Position numbers and translations under genes: made by a program
Origin: a candidate division WS6 bacterium OLB20
GTDB taxonomy: Bacteria; Patescibacteriota; Dojkabacteria; B142; OLB20
DNA length: 64,000 bases
Assembly: GCA_001567355.1 (NCBI GenBank)
Contig: JYNZ01000005.1
Span: 3,981 to 67,980, forward strand
Direction of reading: 5' to 3'
The notes under the pieces: generated by a model
Told to the model about the DNA's origin: nothing
Seen by the model: only the letters and a program-made list of their open reading frames with translations
Databases searched by the model: none
In this document: in pieces, positions 10,975 to 19,744 of the stretch
Layout: each line of letters opens with the position of its first letter
How positions within the stretch are numbered: the stretch's first letter is position 1

Positions 10975-11049
10975 TGGCTGGGCGGGGTGGATTCGAACCA
11001 CCAATCCTTCGGTTAACAGCCGAGCGCATTACCTTTATGCTACCGCCCA
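10975..11049 (-). tRNA. tRNA-Asn (GTT), CCA encoded
   Basis: Manual cloverleaf: acceptor TGGGCGG/CCGCCCA (U1-A72 as in many bacterial tRNA-Asn), anticodon loop CTGTTAA, T-arm GGTGG-TTCGAAT-CCACC, discriminator G, CCA. Confidence 0.85.
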
Positions 11050-11056
11050 ATAGTAC

Positions 11057-11085
11057 GAAAAAATCCCCTTTCGGGGATCTGATTT
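11057..11085. terminator. GC hairpin (ATCCCC-TTTC-GGGGAT) flanked by an A-run and a T-run; bidirectional terminator-like or leader structure
   Basis: A perfect 6-bp stem with a 4-nt loop. It is preceded by AAAAAA and followed by CTGATTTTGTTTT. It lies between a candidate minus-strand promoter (11173-11201) and tRNA-Asn, so its function is ambiguous. Confidence 0.4.
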
Positions 11086-11172
11086 TGTTTTCTGATTGCA
11101 ATAACAAAACCGCCCCGCTAGGAGGTGTGATTTTGATTATTGTTATTCAGAACTGCTGTAAGCATGGAATGT

Positions 11173-11201
11173 TTATACCATGCAATGCATTCCGGCGTCA
11201 A
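11173..11201 (-). promoter_or_regulatory. candidate sigma70 promoter (TTGACG - 18 nt - TGGTATAAA) reading toward tRNA-Asn/gatCAB
   Basis: The minus strand reads TTGACGccggaatgcattgcaTGGTATAAA, an extended -10-like element. Sequence inspection only. Confidence 0.35.
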
Positions 11202-11232
11202 TCGGGCATAGAGAAACTGACAGCACAACTGC

Positions 11233-12030
11233 TCAGGAGTCGTTGTTAAATGGTGCATCATCAAAGAACAGAGGGATCTGCGGACGCTGCAGTGCTCCCT
11301 CTTTGTAGTACCTGTACAGCTGCTGCTCCCTGGGTGTTAAGTCGATACGTACCCCCTGACTGACAGCTTTATCGATTACCATGTTGCGCATCCATTCGGC
11401 GCTTGAACCGATCACCTCATTCGGAAGCTGTGAAGACATCATATTGGTGGCATGAAGACCAAGATACAAAGTCTGTGCAATATCAGCCACAGTCCTGACC
11501 GGGTCACGCCGGGCTCTGTCACTGATGGTATGATGCACTGCAATAAACGGGATAGTCTCGATGATTGAGCCAGCTGTCGAAGCCGTAATATCCACCATAC
11601 TGTGAAGGATACGTCGTCTGCCGATCGATGTATCATGCAACACATACAGCAGCTCATACCCTGCGCTGCCAGGGGCCGGAGCGCCGGACTGAAGCTGAAG
11701 ATGGTAGTTTACATAACTGAACATTGCATTGACCAGCTTTTTATCCTCAGGCGACGCGTTTGCCCTGATCCATTCCACACCAGCCTGATACAGCATCGCA
11801 GTCAATGACGGGTCCTCCATCTCTTCAGACTCTTCTGGAAACTCGTACCCCTCGGGCAGCTCTTCGGGCTCAATCGGGCGACCGTCAAATGTCACTGCTC
11901 GGACCTCGCTGAAATCCAGGTCAGTTTCAGTCGTAAATGCCGATCCTCCCTGAAAAACCAAATCAAACGTACGGTTAATTGGTAAACCGGTGTAATACTG
12001 TCTGTCCTGCGGATGCTGCTGCTCTATCAT
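11233..12030 (-). CDS. hypothetical protein
   Basis: 265-aa ORF with an acidic N-terminal region and no recognisable domain. Confidence 0.4.
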   Translation of the reverse strand: MIEQQHPQDRQYYTGLPINRTFDLVFQGGSAFTTETDLDFSEVRAVTFDGRPIEPEELPEGYEFPEESEEMEDPSLTAMLYQAGVEWIRANASPEDKKLVNAMFSYVNYHLQLQSGAPAPGSAGYELLYVLHDTSIGRRRILHSMVDITASTAGSIIETIPFIAVHHTISDRARRDPVRTVADIAQTLYLGLHATNMMSSQLPNEVIGSSAEWMRNMVIDKAVSQGVRIDLTPREQQLYRYYKEGALQRPQIPLFFDDAPFNNDS

Positions 12031-12119
12031 GATGATCCATTATATACCATAGCGATTGGCGGGAAAAGTGCCAAATCCCCCGAAAAGCTTGACCTTACAG
12101 GATAATAATGGAATAATGG

Positions 12120-13883
12120 TTGTTCCCCTTTACAAGACCTGTGATGCTTAAGATTCTGCGGATATTCTACCGCTACAATCTGCGCTACCCGTATGCATTT
12201 GTTGCGGGTGCAATTATTCTGGTTCTGTCGCGTGTTGCGGCTAATGCTGCCACATACCAGTTCAGGTTTCTGGTTGACAGTCTGCAGCCGTTCAGCATTG
12301 ACCTGCTTGTGCAGGCACTTGGTGTCTACATAGCTATACGGGTTGCAAATGTGATACTCGAAACTATTGCCGACACGGTTAATGACATTTACTTCATCAA
12401 CTCGGCAAGGGACGTTCGAACAGACATATTTGCGCACCTCCACAAACTCGACTACGCATACCACGCGACAAAGAGGAGCGGCAGCCTGATCTCAGCTATG
12501 AAGCGCGGCGACAGTGCGTTCTTCAGCATGAATATCGAGATCAACCGCAACCTTGTCAGACTGTTCATCAACTTTATTATCGTGTCTGCGATTTTCTGGA
12601 CACTGAATCCGAAGATGCTTGCTGTGGTGGTTGTTATTGTTTTTGTAAACCTGCTTACAACCATGTGGCTTGTGCGCAGAAATATCAGCAGACGGTCCGT
12701 GCTTAATGCAGAAGAAGATACTCTGTCAGGAATAATCGTCGACAACATGATCAACTATGAGACAGTCAAGTATTTTGCCAAGGAGGAGCAGGAGGTTAAC
12801 AGGGTAAAAAAACAGTATAAAAAGTGGCACAAGGCAGTGTGGGGCTATGCAAATACATTCCGGATGATTGATATTGTGACTGGTGCACTATCAATTACCG
12901 GAGCCGGACTGGTTCTTCTCATCGCTTTGCAGGAGACGGCAGCCGGCGGACTCTCGATTGGAGAGTTTGTTGTTGTAACCGGCTTTGTGACAACGTTCTT
13001 CCCCAACCTCGAGGATGTTGTCTGGCGATTTCGAGAGATTGCAAAACACTACAGTGACCTGGAACGCTACCTCGGCATCCTTGATGTTCCGGTTGAAATC
13101 ACAGAAACAGACAAACCCGCGGTGCTCCGAAACGTTACCGGTGCCGTTTCATTCAACAGTGTCAGCTTTGCGTACAAAGGCCGTGACCGGGTTATACATG
13201 ATATTGATCTGCAGATTAAACCTGGTGAAACTGTTGCACTCGTTGGGAGTTCCGGAGCAGGAAAATCCACTCTGACAAAACTGCTGATGCGCTTTTACGA
13301 TGTCATTAGCGGCTCAATTACGATTGATGGCATAGATATCCGTGATATGAAGAAACACGACCTGAGATCACTGATCGGCATTGTTCCGCAGGAACCGGTC
13401 CTGTTTAACGAAAGCATTGCTTACAACATTGCGTATGCGCGGGATGATGCATCGCTTGAGCAGGTACGTGCAGCAGCAGAGATCGCCCATCTTGATGAGT
13501 TTATTATGCAGCTGCCTGAGGGTTACGAAACAGAGGTTGGAGAACGCGGAATCAAGCTGTCCGGCGGACAGAAGCAACGGCTTGCGATAGCCAGGATGTT
13601 TATTGAGGATCCTGAAATCATCATCTTTGACGAGGCGACAAGCCAGCTTGATTCCGAGTCAGAAAAGCTGATACAGAATGCATTCTGGAAGGTCAGCGCC
13701 GGGCGCACAACCATCATCATCGCCCACCGGCTATCAACCATTCTCCGGGCTGACCGGATCATAGTCCTTGACAACGGATCAATAGCAGAACAGGGTACAC
13801 ATGCACAACTCCTTGAACGCAATGGTATCTACAAACGTCTCTGGAACATTCAGCAGGGGGAGTTTATCAACGATCTGGACTGA
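12120..13883 (+). CDS. ABC transporter, fused permease/ATP-binding protein (MsbA-like exporter)
   Basis: 587 aa. Six predicted TM helices are followed by an NBD with Walker A GSSGAGKST, ABC signature LSGGQKQR and Walker B IIIFDEATS. Confidence 0.85.
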   Translation: MFPFTRPVMLKILRIFYRYNLRYPYAFVAGAIILVLSRVAANAATYQFRFLVDSLQPFSIDLLVQALGVYIAIRVANVILETIADTVNDIYFINSARDVRTDIFAHLHKLDYAYHATKRSGSLISAMKRGDSAFFSMNIEINRNLVRLFINFIIVSAIFWTLNPKMLAVVVVIVFVNLLTTMWLVRRNISRRSVLNAEEDTLSGIIVDNMINYETVKYFAKEEQEVNRVKKQYKKWHKAVWGYANTFRMIDIVTGALSITGAGLVLLIALQETAAGGLSIGEFVVVTGFVTTFFPNLEDVVWRFREIAKHYSDLERYLGILDVPVEITETDKPAVLRNVTGAVSFNSVSFAYKGRDRVIHDIDLQIKPGETVALVGSSGAGKSTLTKLLMRFYDVISGSITIDGIDIRDMKKHDLRSLIGIVPQEPVLFNESIAYNIAYARDDASLEQVRAAAEIAHLDEFIMQLPEGYETEVGERGIKLSGGQKQRLAIARMFIEDPEIIIFDEATSQLDSESEKLIQNAFWKVSAGRTTIIIAHRLSTILRADRIIVLDNGSIAEQGTHAQLLERNGIYKRLWNIQQGEFINDLD

Positions 13884-14186
13884 ATACAGCACTATCCTCA
13901 CGAAGCAGATACTCATTAGCTCACAACCAGGCAATACCTGGTCGTATTACAATTCACTTCATGCCACACAGTGAGACATATATGAGTTCGCACATGAGTT
14001 CGCAAACCTGAGGAAGAAAACAATTGGTGAGAAGATTGTACTTACCCAGAACTCTCTTAAGCCGCAGGCGAGGTTTGAGTATGTGATTGAGGGTATTGAT
14101 GTTAAGCTTAAGCGGTTCGATTAATCATCGGATTCAGAAAGATGATTAGTTCCTTCTTTTGTTATAATTTAACAAATTAGTAGGTT

Positions 14187-14867
14187 TTGATGATTAGAAA
14201 TATTCTTTTTGACCTTGATGAGACTTTATATAACGATCAAGACGTAAAGGCACAAGCTGATGTCGATGTATTGTCCTATTTTTCAGATAACATTGATGGC
14301 ATAAGTCTCACTGAACACTATCAATTATATAAAGATAGTGACAAGGAATTGGTATTTGATTGGTTCATAAACTTTCTTAGTAATTTCACCAACAAGGATT
14401 CTGAAATAAAAGAGCATGCTGAGAACGCAGAATCAATATATTGGAAATCACTTTCAAATATTAAACTGTATCCTGACGCGCTGGTTTTCTTAAACGCTGT
14501 CTCTGGTAAGTTTGAGCTTGGAATACTAAGCGACGGATCAAGAAATAAACAACTAAAAAAACTAGATTTCCTCGGTCTGGAAAGTTTCTTTAACAGTGAA
14601 AACCTTGTCTTCTCAGAAGATGTCGGGGAGAAAAAACCGTCAAAGCTTATGTTTGATAAAATAATCGAAAAGATGAATTTAAATCCCGCTGAGACATTAT
14701 ATATAGGCGACAGGGTTGATAGAGATATAGTTGGCGGTAACCAAGCTGGGTTTGTTACCGTGTTGCTAAGAAGAAATCGAAGTTTCAATGTCTCAATCAT
14801 TAATGAAGAAGAAAAGCCAACTTACGAAATTACAAACTTTTTTGATTTGTTAAGGATAATAGAGTAA
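14187..14867 (+). CDS. HAD-superfamily hydrolase
   Basis: N-terminal DxD motif (FDLDETL), ...SDGS..., and a C-terminal GDRVDRDIVGG motif. The gene and its flanks are markedly AT-rich compared with the rest of the window. Confidence 0.7.
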   Translation: MMIRNILFDLDETLYNDQDVKAQADVDVLSYFSDNIDGISLTEHYQLYKDSDKELVFDWFINFLSNFTNKDSEIKEHAENAESIYWKSLSNIKLYPDALVFLNAVSGKFELGILSDGSRNKQLKKLDFLGLESFFNSENLVFSEDVGEKKPSKLMFDKIIEKMNLNPAETLYIGDRVDRDIVGGNQAGFVTVLLRRNRSFNVSIINEEEKPTYEITNFFDLLRIIE

Positions 14868-14952
14868 TAGGAACTTCAACTTGACTATCTAGACCTGCTT
14901 GCACTTGAGATAGGCTGTTAAGATTATTTGGGAACGCCTCAGAATAGAAGAG

Positions 14953-15027
14953 TGGTGAGTCGGGAGGGACTCGAACCCTCAACCAATGGCTTAAAAGGCC
15001 ACTGCTCTACCATTGAGCTACCGACCC
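14953..15027 (-). tRNA. tRNA-Lys (TTT), CCA encoded
   Basis: Manual cloverleaf: acceptor GGGTCGG/CCGACTC (one G-U pair), anticodon loop CTTTTAA, T-arm GAGGG-TTCGAGT-CCCTC. Confidence 0.8.
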
Positions 15028-15055
15028 GGAAGAGTTGTTAATTATACCGCAAAAC

Positions 15056-15412
15056 CTAGAAAATTGCGTTCTCCAGGTGTACCAGACGCTCGATTCTGCC
15101 CTTTTGCATCTCAACACCGACAAAATCAATTCTCCAGTCAGCATCTGACGCATTGTGCTTCTGCAACCAGTAGCGGCACGTCCTGATCAGCACAGCACGC
15201 TTACGTTCAGATACCATCTCGACAGCACTCATAGCGCCGGACGAGCTTTTGACTTCAAAAAACACGACCTGCTCACCGTCGCGTGCAATTATATCAATTT
15301 CTCCACCGCGGATGGTATAGTTACGCCCGACAATTTCAAATCCGCGTGAACGCAGATACCCTGCCGCTGCATGCTCTGCACGATTTCCCTTTGTTCTGCT
15401 GGTTACTCCCAT
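15056..15412 (-). CDS. yraN: YraN family (UPF0102) endonuclease
   Basis: 118 aa with RGE..EIDII..DG..VFVEVK-type motifs characteristic of the UPF0102/YraN family; conserved position downstream of rnhB. Confidence 0.75.
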   Translation of the reverse strand: MGVTSRTKGNRAEHAAAGYLRSRGFEIVGRNYTIRGGEIDIIARDGEQVVFFEVKSSSGAMSAVEMVSERKRAVLIRTCRYWLQKHNASDADWRIDFVGVEMQKGRIERLVHLENAIF

Positions 15413-16149
15413 AATCTTTTCTGCTCGGCGATCTCCGCGATCGGCCTGAAACTCATACGATGTACAGGACAGATACCGAACCGGTCGAGCGCATCCAGAT
15501 GCTCCGGCGACGGATAACCGACGTTGGTGACAAATCCATAACTGTCATAGCGAACTGCCATTTTTTGCATAACAAGGTCACGCGCATGTTTGGCAAGTAT
15601 TGATGCAGCAGCAATACTATAGTGCTGTAGATCACCACCGATAATCTGACGGGAAAGACGATGAAAGGATGGCGCAAATCTGCCATCTATCAGAAAATAG
15701 GTCGCTCCGTCATCAAACCGATTGATAATCGAAGAAATCAGCCGCTCGATAGTCTTACCGATACCGAGACGGTTTATCACATCTACTGATCCGAACGAGA
15801 CAATACTCTCATGACCGGAGAGCCGATGCGACAGAACGGACCTGCGTTCCGGAGAAAGGAGTTTAGAGTCGGCAACGCCGGAAATACGGGAGTTAACGGG
15901 AGAAAAAACGTATGCTCCTACAGCAACCGGACCCGCCCAGGCTCCGCGACCGACTTCGTCGATTCCAACTATTCGTGAAAAGCCTTCGGAGACAAGTGAA
16001 CGTTCGAGTGTAGCCGAAGCGGTTTTACGCCGCCTTGGTTTCGTCTTTTGTCTCTGAGGATTCTGCTGTTTCAGGCTCTGGCGCTGCCTCTGGCTGTTCG
16101 CTGTCTGCAGGCTCTTCTGAACCGTCCTCATAGACATTAAGTTCTTCAT
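15403..16149 (-). CDS. rnhB: ribonuclease HII; true start uncertain, since the ORF as drawn has about 60 aa of basic N-terminal extension overlapping the rplS 3' end
   Basis: Core motifs VGIDEVGRGAWAGPV and DSK present, with conserved rplS-rnhB-yraN synteny. There is no in-frame ATG/GTG/TTG between M7 and the catalytic VGIDE motif. Confidence 0.8.
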   Translation of the reverse strand: MKNLMSMRTVQKSLQTANSQRQRQSLKQQNPQRQKTKPRRRKTASATLERSLVSEGFSRIVGIDEVGRGAWAGPVAVGAYVFSPVNSRISGVADSKLLSPERRSVLSHRLSGHESIVSFGSVDVINRLGIGKTIERLISSIINRFDDGATYFLIDGRFAPSFHRLSRQIIGGDLQHYSIAAASILAKHARDLVMQKMAVRYDSYGFVTNVGYPSPEHLDALDRFGICPVHRMSFRPIAEIAEQKRLWE

Positions 16150-16525
16150 CTGAATACATCTGGCCCTCAGCTACTTTAAGGGCACGTTTACCTACGCGTC
16201 CGCGCATGTAGTAAATCTTTGAGCTTGTTACATGTCCGCTCTTCAGTACTTCGATCTTGTCAACATTCGGGCTGTGCAGAGGAAAAATCTTCTCCACTCC
16301 GATCCCTGAACTGATCTTTCGGACAGTGAATGTACGACCAAGACCTTCGCCCTTGATAGCAAGAACAATACCCTTGAAAATCTGAACCCTCTGTTTATCA
16401 CCTTCACGCACGATTGCGTGAACTGCAACAGTATCGCCAACTTCAAAGCGGGGAGCCTTCTTCAGAAAAGGTTTTTCAATTTTTGTAAGCACGGTATCCA
16501 TAACTCGTATGTTCAAAATAAACAA
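16025..16525 (-). CDS. rplS: 50S ribosomal protein L19 with a ~45-aa acidic C-terminal extension
   Basis: The L19 core (KIEKPFLKK..PRFEVGDTVAVH...RVQIFKGIVLAIKGEGLGRTFTVRKIS.GIGVEKIFPLHSP) is followed by an E/D/P/A-rich tail that overlaps rnhB. Confidence 0.85.
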   Translation of the reverse strand: MFILNIRVMDTVLTKIEKPFLKKAPRFEVGDTVAVHAIVREGDKQRVQIFKGIVLAIKGEGLGRTFTVRKISSGIGVEKIFPLHSPNVDKIEVLKSGHVTSSKIYYMRGRVGKRALKVAEGQMYSDEELNVYEDGSEEPADSEQPEAAPEPETAESSETKDETKAA

Positions 16526-16574
16526 GGACGGAAAAGTCCACTGATTGTATCAGATGTCAGTGCTTTTCTCAATA

Positions 16575-16889
16575 TCACCTGTCCAGATCTATTGTCTGGG
16601 ACAGGGCTTTAATTTCACGCAGTTCACGGCGGATATCCCGTAGCATTATCTCGACTGCGCGCAGTCGTGACGAGATACGATAATCTTTAGGATCTGTGCC
16701 GAGAAAATACGTTATCGGCTTCTTAAACAGATCTGCCAGCTTCTGAAGCTTGTCGATCGGAGGGCTGATCCTGCCTGATTCGTAGCCTGAAATAGTTTTA
16801 TCAGAAACCCCGAGCGCAACCCCGACCTGAAGCTGGGAGAGCTTTGCCTCTTCGCGGGCTGCTTTAATGCGATCGCTAAACGTCTTCAT
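16575..16889 (-). CDS. XRE-family helix-turn-helix transcriptional regulator
   Basis: 104 aa with an N-terminal HTH_XRE signature (AREEAKLSQLQVGVALGVSDKTISGYESG). Confidence 0.7.
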   Translation of the reverse strand: MKTFSDRIKAAREEAKLSQLQVGVALGVSDKTISGYESGRISPPIDKLQKLADLFKKPITYFLGTDPKDYRISSRLRAVEIMLRDIRRELREIKALSQTIDLDR

Positions 16890-16907
16890 CTACCTGAAGA
16901 TAACAAG

Positions 16908-17534
16908 TTATAAAGCACTGCTGATTGCATCCCAGCCGAAACCCTTCCGTCTGAGATACTGCATCATCTTCTGACGGTACTCTTTGTCCGTCGTACTTTT
17001 TGAGCGGATGCGGGAAGAATGTCTGGCGATCAGATCTTTAACCACCTGCTTCTGATCATCCCCACCTTCATCCAGCACCTGTTCCACGATGTCCCGGCTG
17101 ATGCCCCGGCTGGCAAGCTTCTTTCGCAATTCGGCCGTGCTGTACCTGGCTTTTGCAAGCAGGGAATCCCTGTACTGCCTTGCGAAATCAAGATCATCAC
17201 TATACCCCTGTTGCCTGAGCTTTTCAAGAACCGACTCAACTACACTGTCAGTAGAGCCATCCCACTCAAGTTTACGCAACTTTTCCCGCAGATACCGTCG
17301 CATCTCAAACTCACTGCGTGCCCTGCGAGAGAGCAGTGCCAGCACCCTCAGGTACAGATATTCAACCCTGTCTGCAAGACGTATCCTGTCGACCTCTTCC
17401 TGGGTCAGATACTGCCTGTTGGCAAGACCCTCCCGCACAAGAGTATTTAGTTCTACACTAAAACCATACTCTCCGTCAAGATAGACGCCGATTCTACTGC
17501 CCTTTTTGAGTTTACGCAAACCGGTTATCAGCAT
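16908..17534 (-). CDS. recX: regulatory protein RecX
   Basis: 208 aa with three repeated alpha-helical RecX motifs (..RARSEFEMRRYLREK.., ..ARYSTAELRKKLASRGIS..); recX-like size. Confidence 0.7.
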   Translation of the reverse strand: MLITGLRKLKKGSRIGVYLDGEYGFSVELNTLVREGLANRQYLTQEEVDRIRLADRVEYLYLRVLALLSRRARSEFEMRRYLREKLRKLEWDGSTDSVVESVLEKLRQQGYSDDLDFARQYRDSLLAKARYSTAELRKKLASRGISRDIVEQVLDEGGDDQKQVVKDLIARHSSRIRSKSTTDKEYRQKMMQYLRRKGFGWDAISSAL

Positions 17535-17559
17535 ACACGCATACTATCACACTATTCTA

Positions 17560-18534
17560 CTAATAGCGTAGAAGATAATATGCTTTCACACCGGGCTGCA
17601 CTGAAATGCGACTCTCCGGAAGAATGTACGAAGCGATCTGGATCACAAAACTGTTAAAGCTGTTCTCCTGATCATTGTAATGAACAAAGCGCGGATCATC
17701 CAGATCTGTAATATCGGCAGCGACAGCAAATGCTTCCTGCTGCTCCCCAAGTGAATCAACAAGACCGATATCCAACGCCTGTTTTCCACTGAATACACGG
17801 GCATCAGAAAACGACAGCACCTTCTCCTCAGTCATCCCACGACCATCGACCACAACCTGCACGAAGTTATCCTGCACATCGTCTGCCACACCCTGCAACA
17901 CCTTGTAACTCTGACTCTCAGGATCATCCAGGTTCTCAAGCACTTTCAATTCACCCTCGGAATTGGCGATTGTGATGTTTTTGATGCCGATTTTGTCATA
18001 CAGTCCACTCAGATCCTGTGTCTGAAACACGACGCCGATACTGCCGGTCAGGGTCATCTCCGAGGCTACGATATGATCGGCCGGAGCTGAAATGTAGTAG
18101 CCACCTGATGCAGCCATGTCCTGCATGAGGACAGTAAGTGTTTTACCCTCCTCCTTAAGCTCCAGAAGCTTGTTGTATATAACACGCGTCGCATACACCT
18201 CACCTCCGGGAGTATTAACCCGCAGAACGACCCCCTGCACAGAGTCATCATCAATCGCCTGCTGGATCTTTCTTACCGTGCGTGTAGTCATATCTGTTGT
18301 CTCGGCTCCGAACAGGTCGACAACCGAAGTTGAACTGATCACCTCATCCACATCAATCACTGCAATTGTCTGATCATATGCCCCATCGGACAATACCGTG
18401 GCATCGACCCCGCTGATAAATCCGTTTCCGCTCACCGCAGCGACAGCAAACAGAAGAAACGCACAGAACACAAGCACCATGCTGATGAGCAGCAGCACGA
18501 GAAAGGCAATAACTACTTTTTTGGAGTTGGACAT
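17560..18534 (-). CDS. sppA: signal peptide peptidase SppA (36K type, S49 family)
   Basis: N-terminal TM anchor followed by an S49 domain with the ASGGYYISAPADHIVASEMTLTGSIGV catalytic-serine region. Confidence 0.8.
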   Translation of the reverse strand: MSNSKKVVIAFLVLLLISMVLVFCAFLLFAVAAVSGNGFISGVDATVLSDGAYDQTIAVIDVDEVISSTSVVDLFGAETTDMTTRTVRKIQQAIDDDSVQGVVLRVNTPGGEVYATRVIYNKLLELKEEGKTLTVLMQDMAASGGYYISAPADHIVASEMTLTGSIGVVFQTQDLSGLYDKIGIKNITIANSEGELKVLENLDDPESQSYKVLQGVADDVQDNFVQVVVDGRGMTEEKVLSFSDARVFSGKQALDIGLVDSLGEQQEAFAVAADITDLDDPRFVHYNDQENSFNSFVIQIASYILPESRISVQPGVKAYYLLRY

Positions 18535-18655
18535 GGTAAATCAGAACGAAATAACACTGAAGTATACCACTCCGATATAGAACAGGACAGCTGATTTTTC
18601 TGGACGCACTGCCTGGCATCGTTTACTATAAACATATCTGTTATCTGCCTTTTGC

Positions 18656-19714
18656 ATGCGACGCGATGATATCGCAACCGTACTGATGATTGCGATGGTC
18701 TGGATACTGTCTCTCAGTATCGGTTATCTCTATCAGACTCTTGTAATCAGCAGCAGGTCGACATCCGCACAGACGTCTGACGCTGTTTCCGCACTCCCCG
18801 TGCAGACTGGTGACAACCAGCCCCCCAGAATCCTTGGCATCGACGAGGTACAACCCGTTGTAAGCACCTCAGCCTCATTTAAGATAGCAACTGATGAAGA
18901 ACTTTCACCTGCAGACAGTGACGGCTATTCACTGGAACTTATCGAAGAGGACTCTGGACAGTACACCTACCTTGTCAAGCTGGACAACCTTGCTCCGGGA
19001 CAGAACAGAATGGCAATCAGCCTCAGTGACTACACAGGCAACGTAAACCAGCACCAGCTCAGCATAGACAGACTTGCCGTACCCGAATGCTGGGATGGAA
19101 GACCCCGAACCATTGCTTCGGCTGTGTTTCCGCACGCCATCGATACGGTTGTTGACAAATACTACAAACTGGACAGCAGCTATTACCCGGCAGACCTTGT
19201 AAACGGGGCATATAGCGGTATCCCCGTCTACCACGGTGGCAGTGCCTACGTGCGAGTTCCGGTAGTGCAGCCGCTCAAGCAGATGCTCAGCGATGCTAGA
19301 GCCGCGGGGATATCAGTCTACGTGAGCAGCGGATTCAGAAGCTACGCCGCCCAGGGACGTGCCCATAACTACTGGACCGGACTGGTCGGTGGCGGTGCCG
19401 CCAACTACTTCGCCGCCCTGCCCGGTCACAGCGAACACCATCTCGGCACTACCGTTGATCTGCTGACGTCCGAAAACGGCTACACTATCTCAGAGGCATA
19501 TGAAAACACACGCCTTGGCCGCTGGCTGCAGGAGAACGCACATAAATACGGATTTGTCATGTCGTACCCGAAAGGCAAAGAGGCAATCACCGGCTACAAA
19601 TATGAACCCTGGCACTGGCGCTATCTGGGGATCGATCACGCTTCCCGCATCCGCGAACTGGGCATTACGCCGACAGAATATCTCTACAGTATCAACAAGC
19701 TGGCCTGCAATTAA
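18656..19714 (+). CDS. D-alanyl-D-alanine carboxypeptidase, peptidase M15B (VanY-like), membrane anchored
   Basis: C-terminal M15 motifs SGFRSY..Q, HSEHHLGTTVDL and EPWHWRYLG, with an N-terminal TM helix. Confidence 0.8.
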   Translation: MRRDDIATVLMIAMVWILSLSIGYLYQTLVISSRSTSAQTSDAVSALPVQTGDNQPPRILGIDEVQPVVSTSASFKIATDEELSPADSDGYSLELIEEDSGQYTYLVKLDNLAPGQNRMAISLSDYTGNVNQHQLSIDRLAVPECWDGRPRTIASAVFPHAIDTVVDKYYKLDSSYYPADLVNGAYSGIPVYHGGSAYVRVPVVQPLKQMLSDARAAGISVYVSSGFRSYAAQGRAHNYWTGLVGGGAANYFAALPGHSEHHLGTTVDLLTSENGYTISEAYENTRLGRWLQENAHKYGFVMSYPKGKEAITGYKYEPWHWRYLGIDHASRIRELGITPTEYLYSINKLACN

Positions 19715-19744
19715 GTTGTACGGCCTGATTAGCGCATAGTACAA

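Noticed and set aside
10710-11249. 179-aa ORF on the plus strand spanning gatC, tRNA-Asn and the intergenic region
   Set aside because: It runs antisense through gatC and straight across a tRNA gene, so only its last 38 codons (see the low-interest finding) could conceivably be real.
12027-12464. 145-aa minus-strand ORF overlapping the start of the ABC transporter. Similar cases are 1152..1667 (+), 2376..2795 (+) and 4102..4527 (-).
   Set aside because: These are shadow ORFs opposite well-supported genes (ABC transporter, DUF2298-like protein, glyA) with no motifs of their own.
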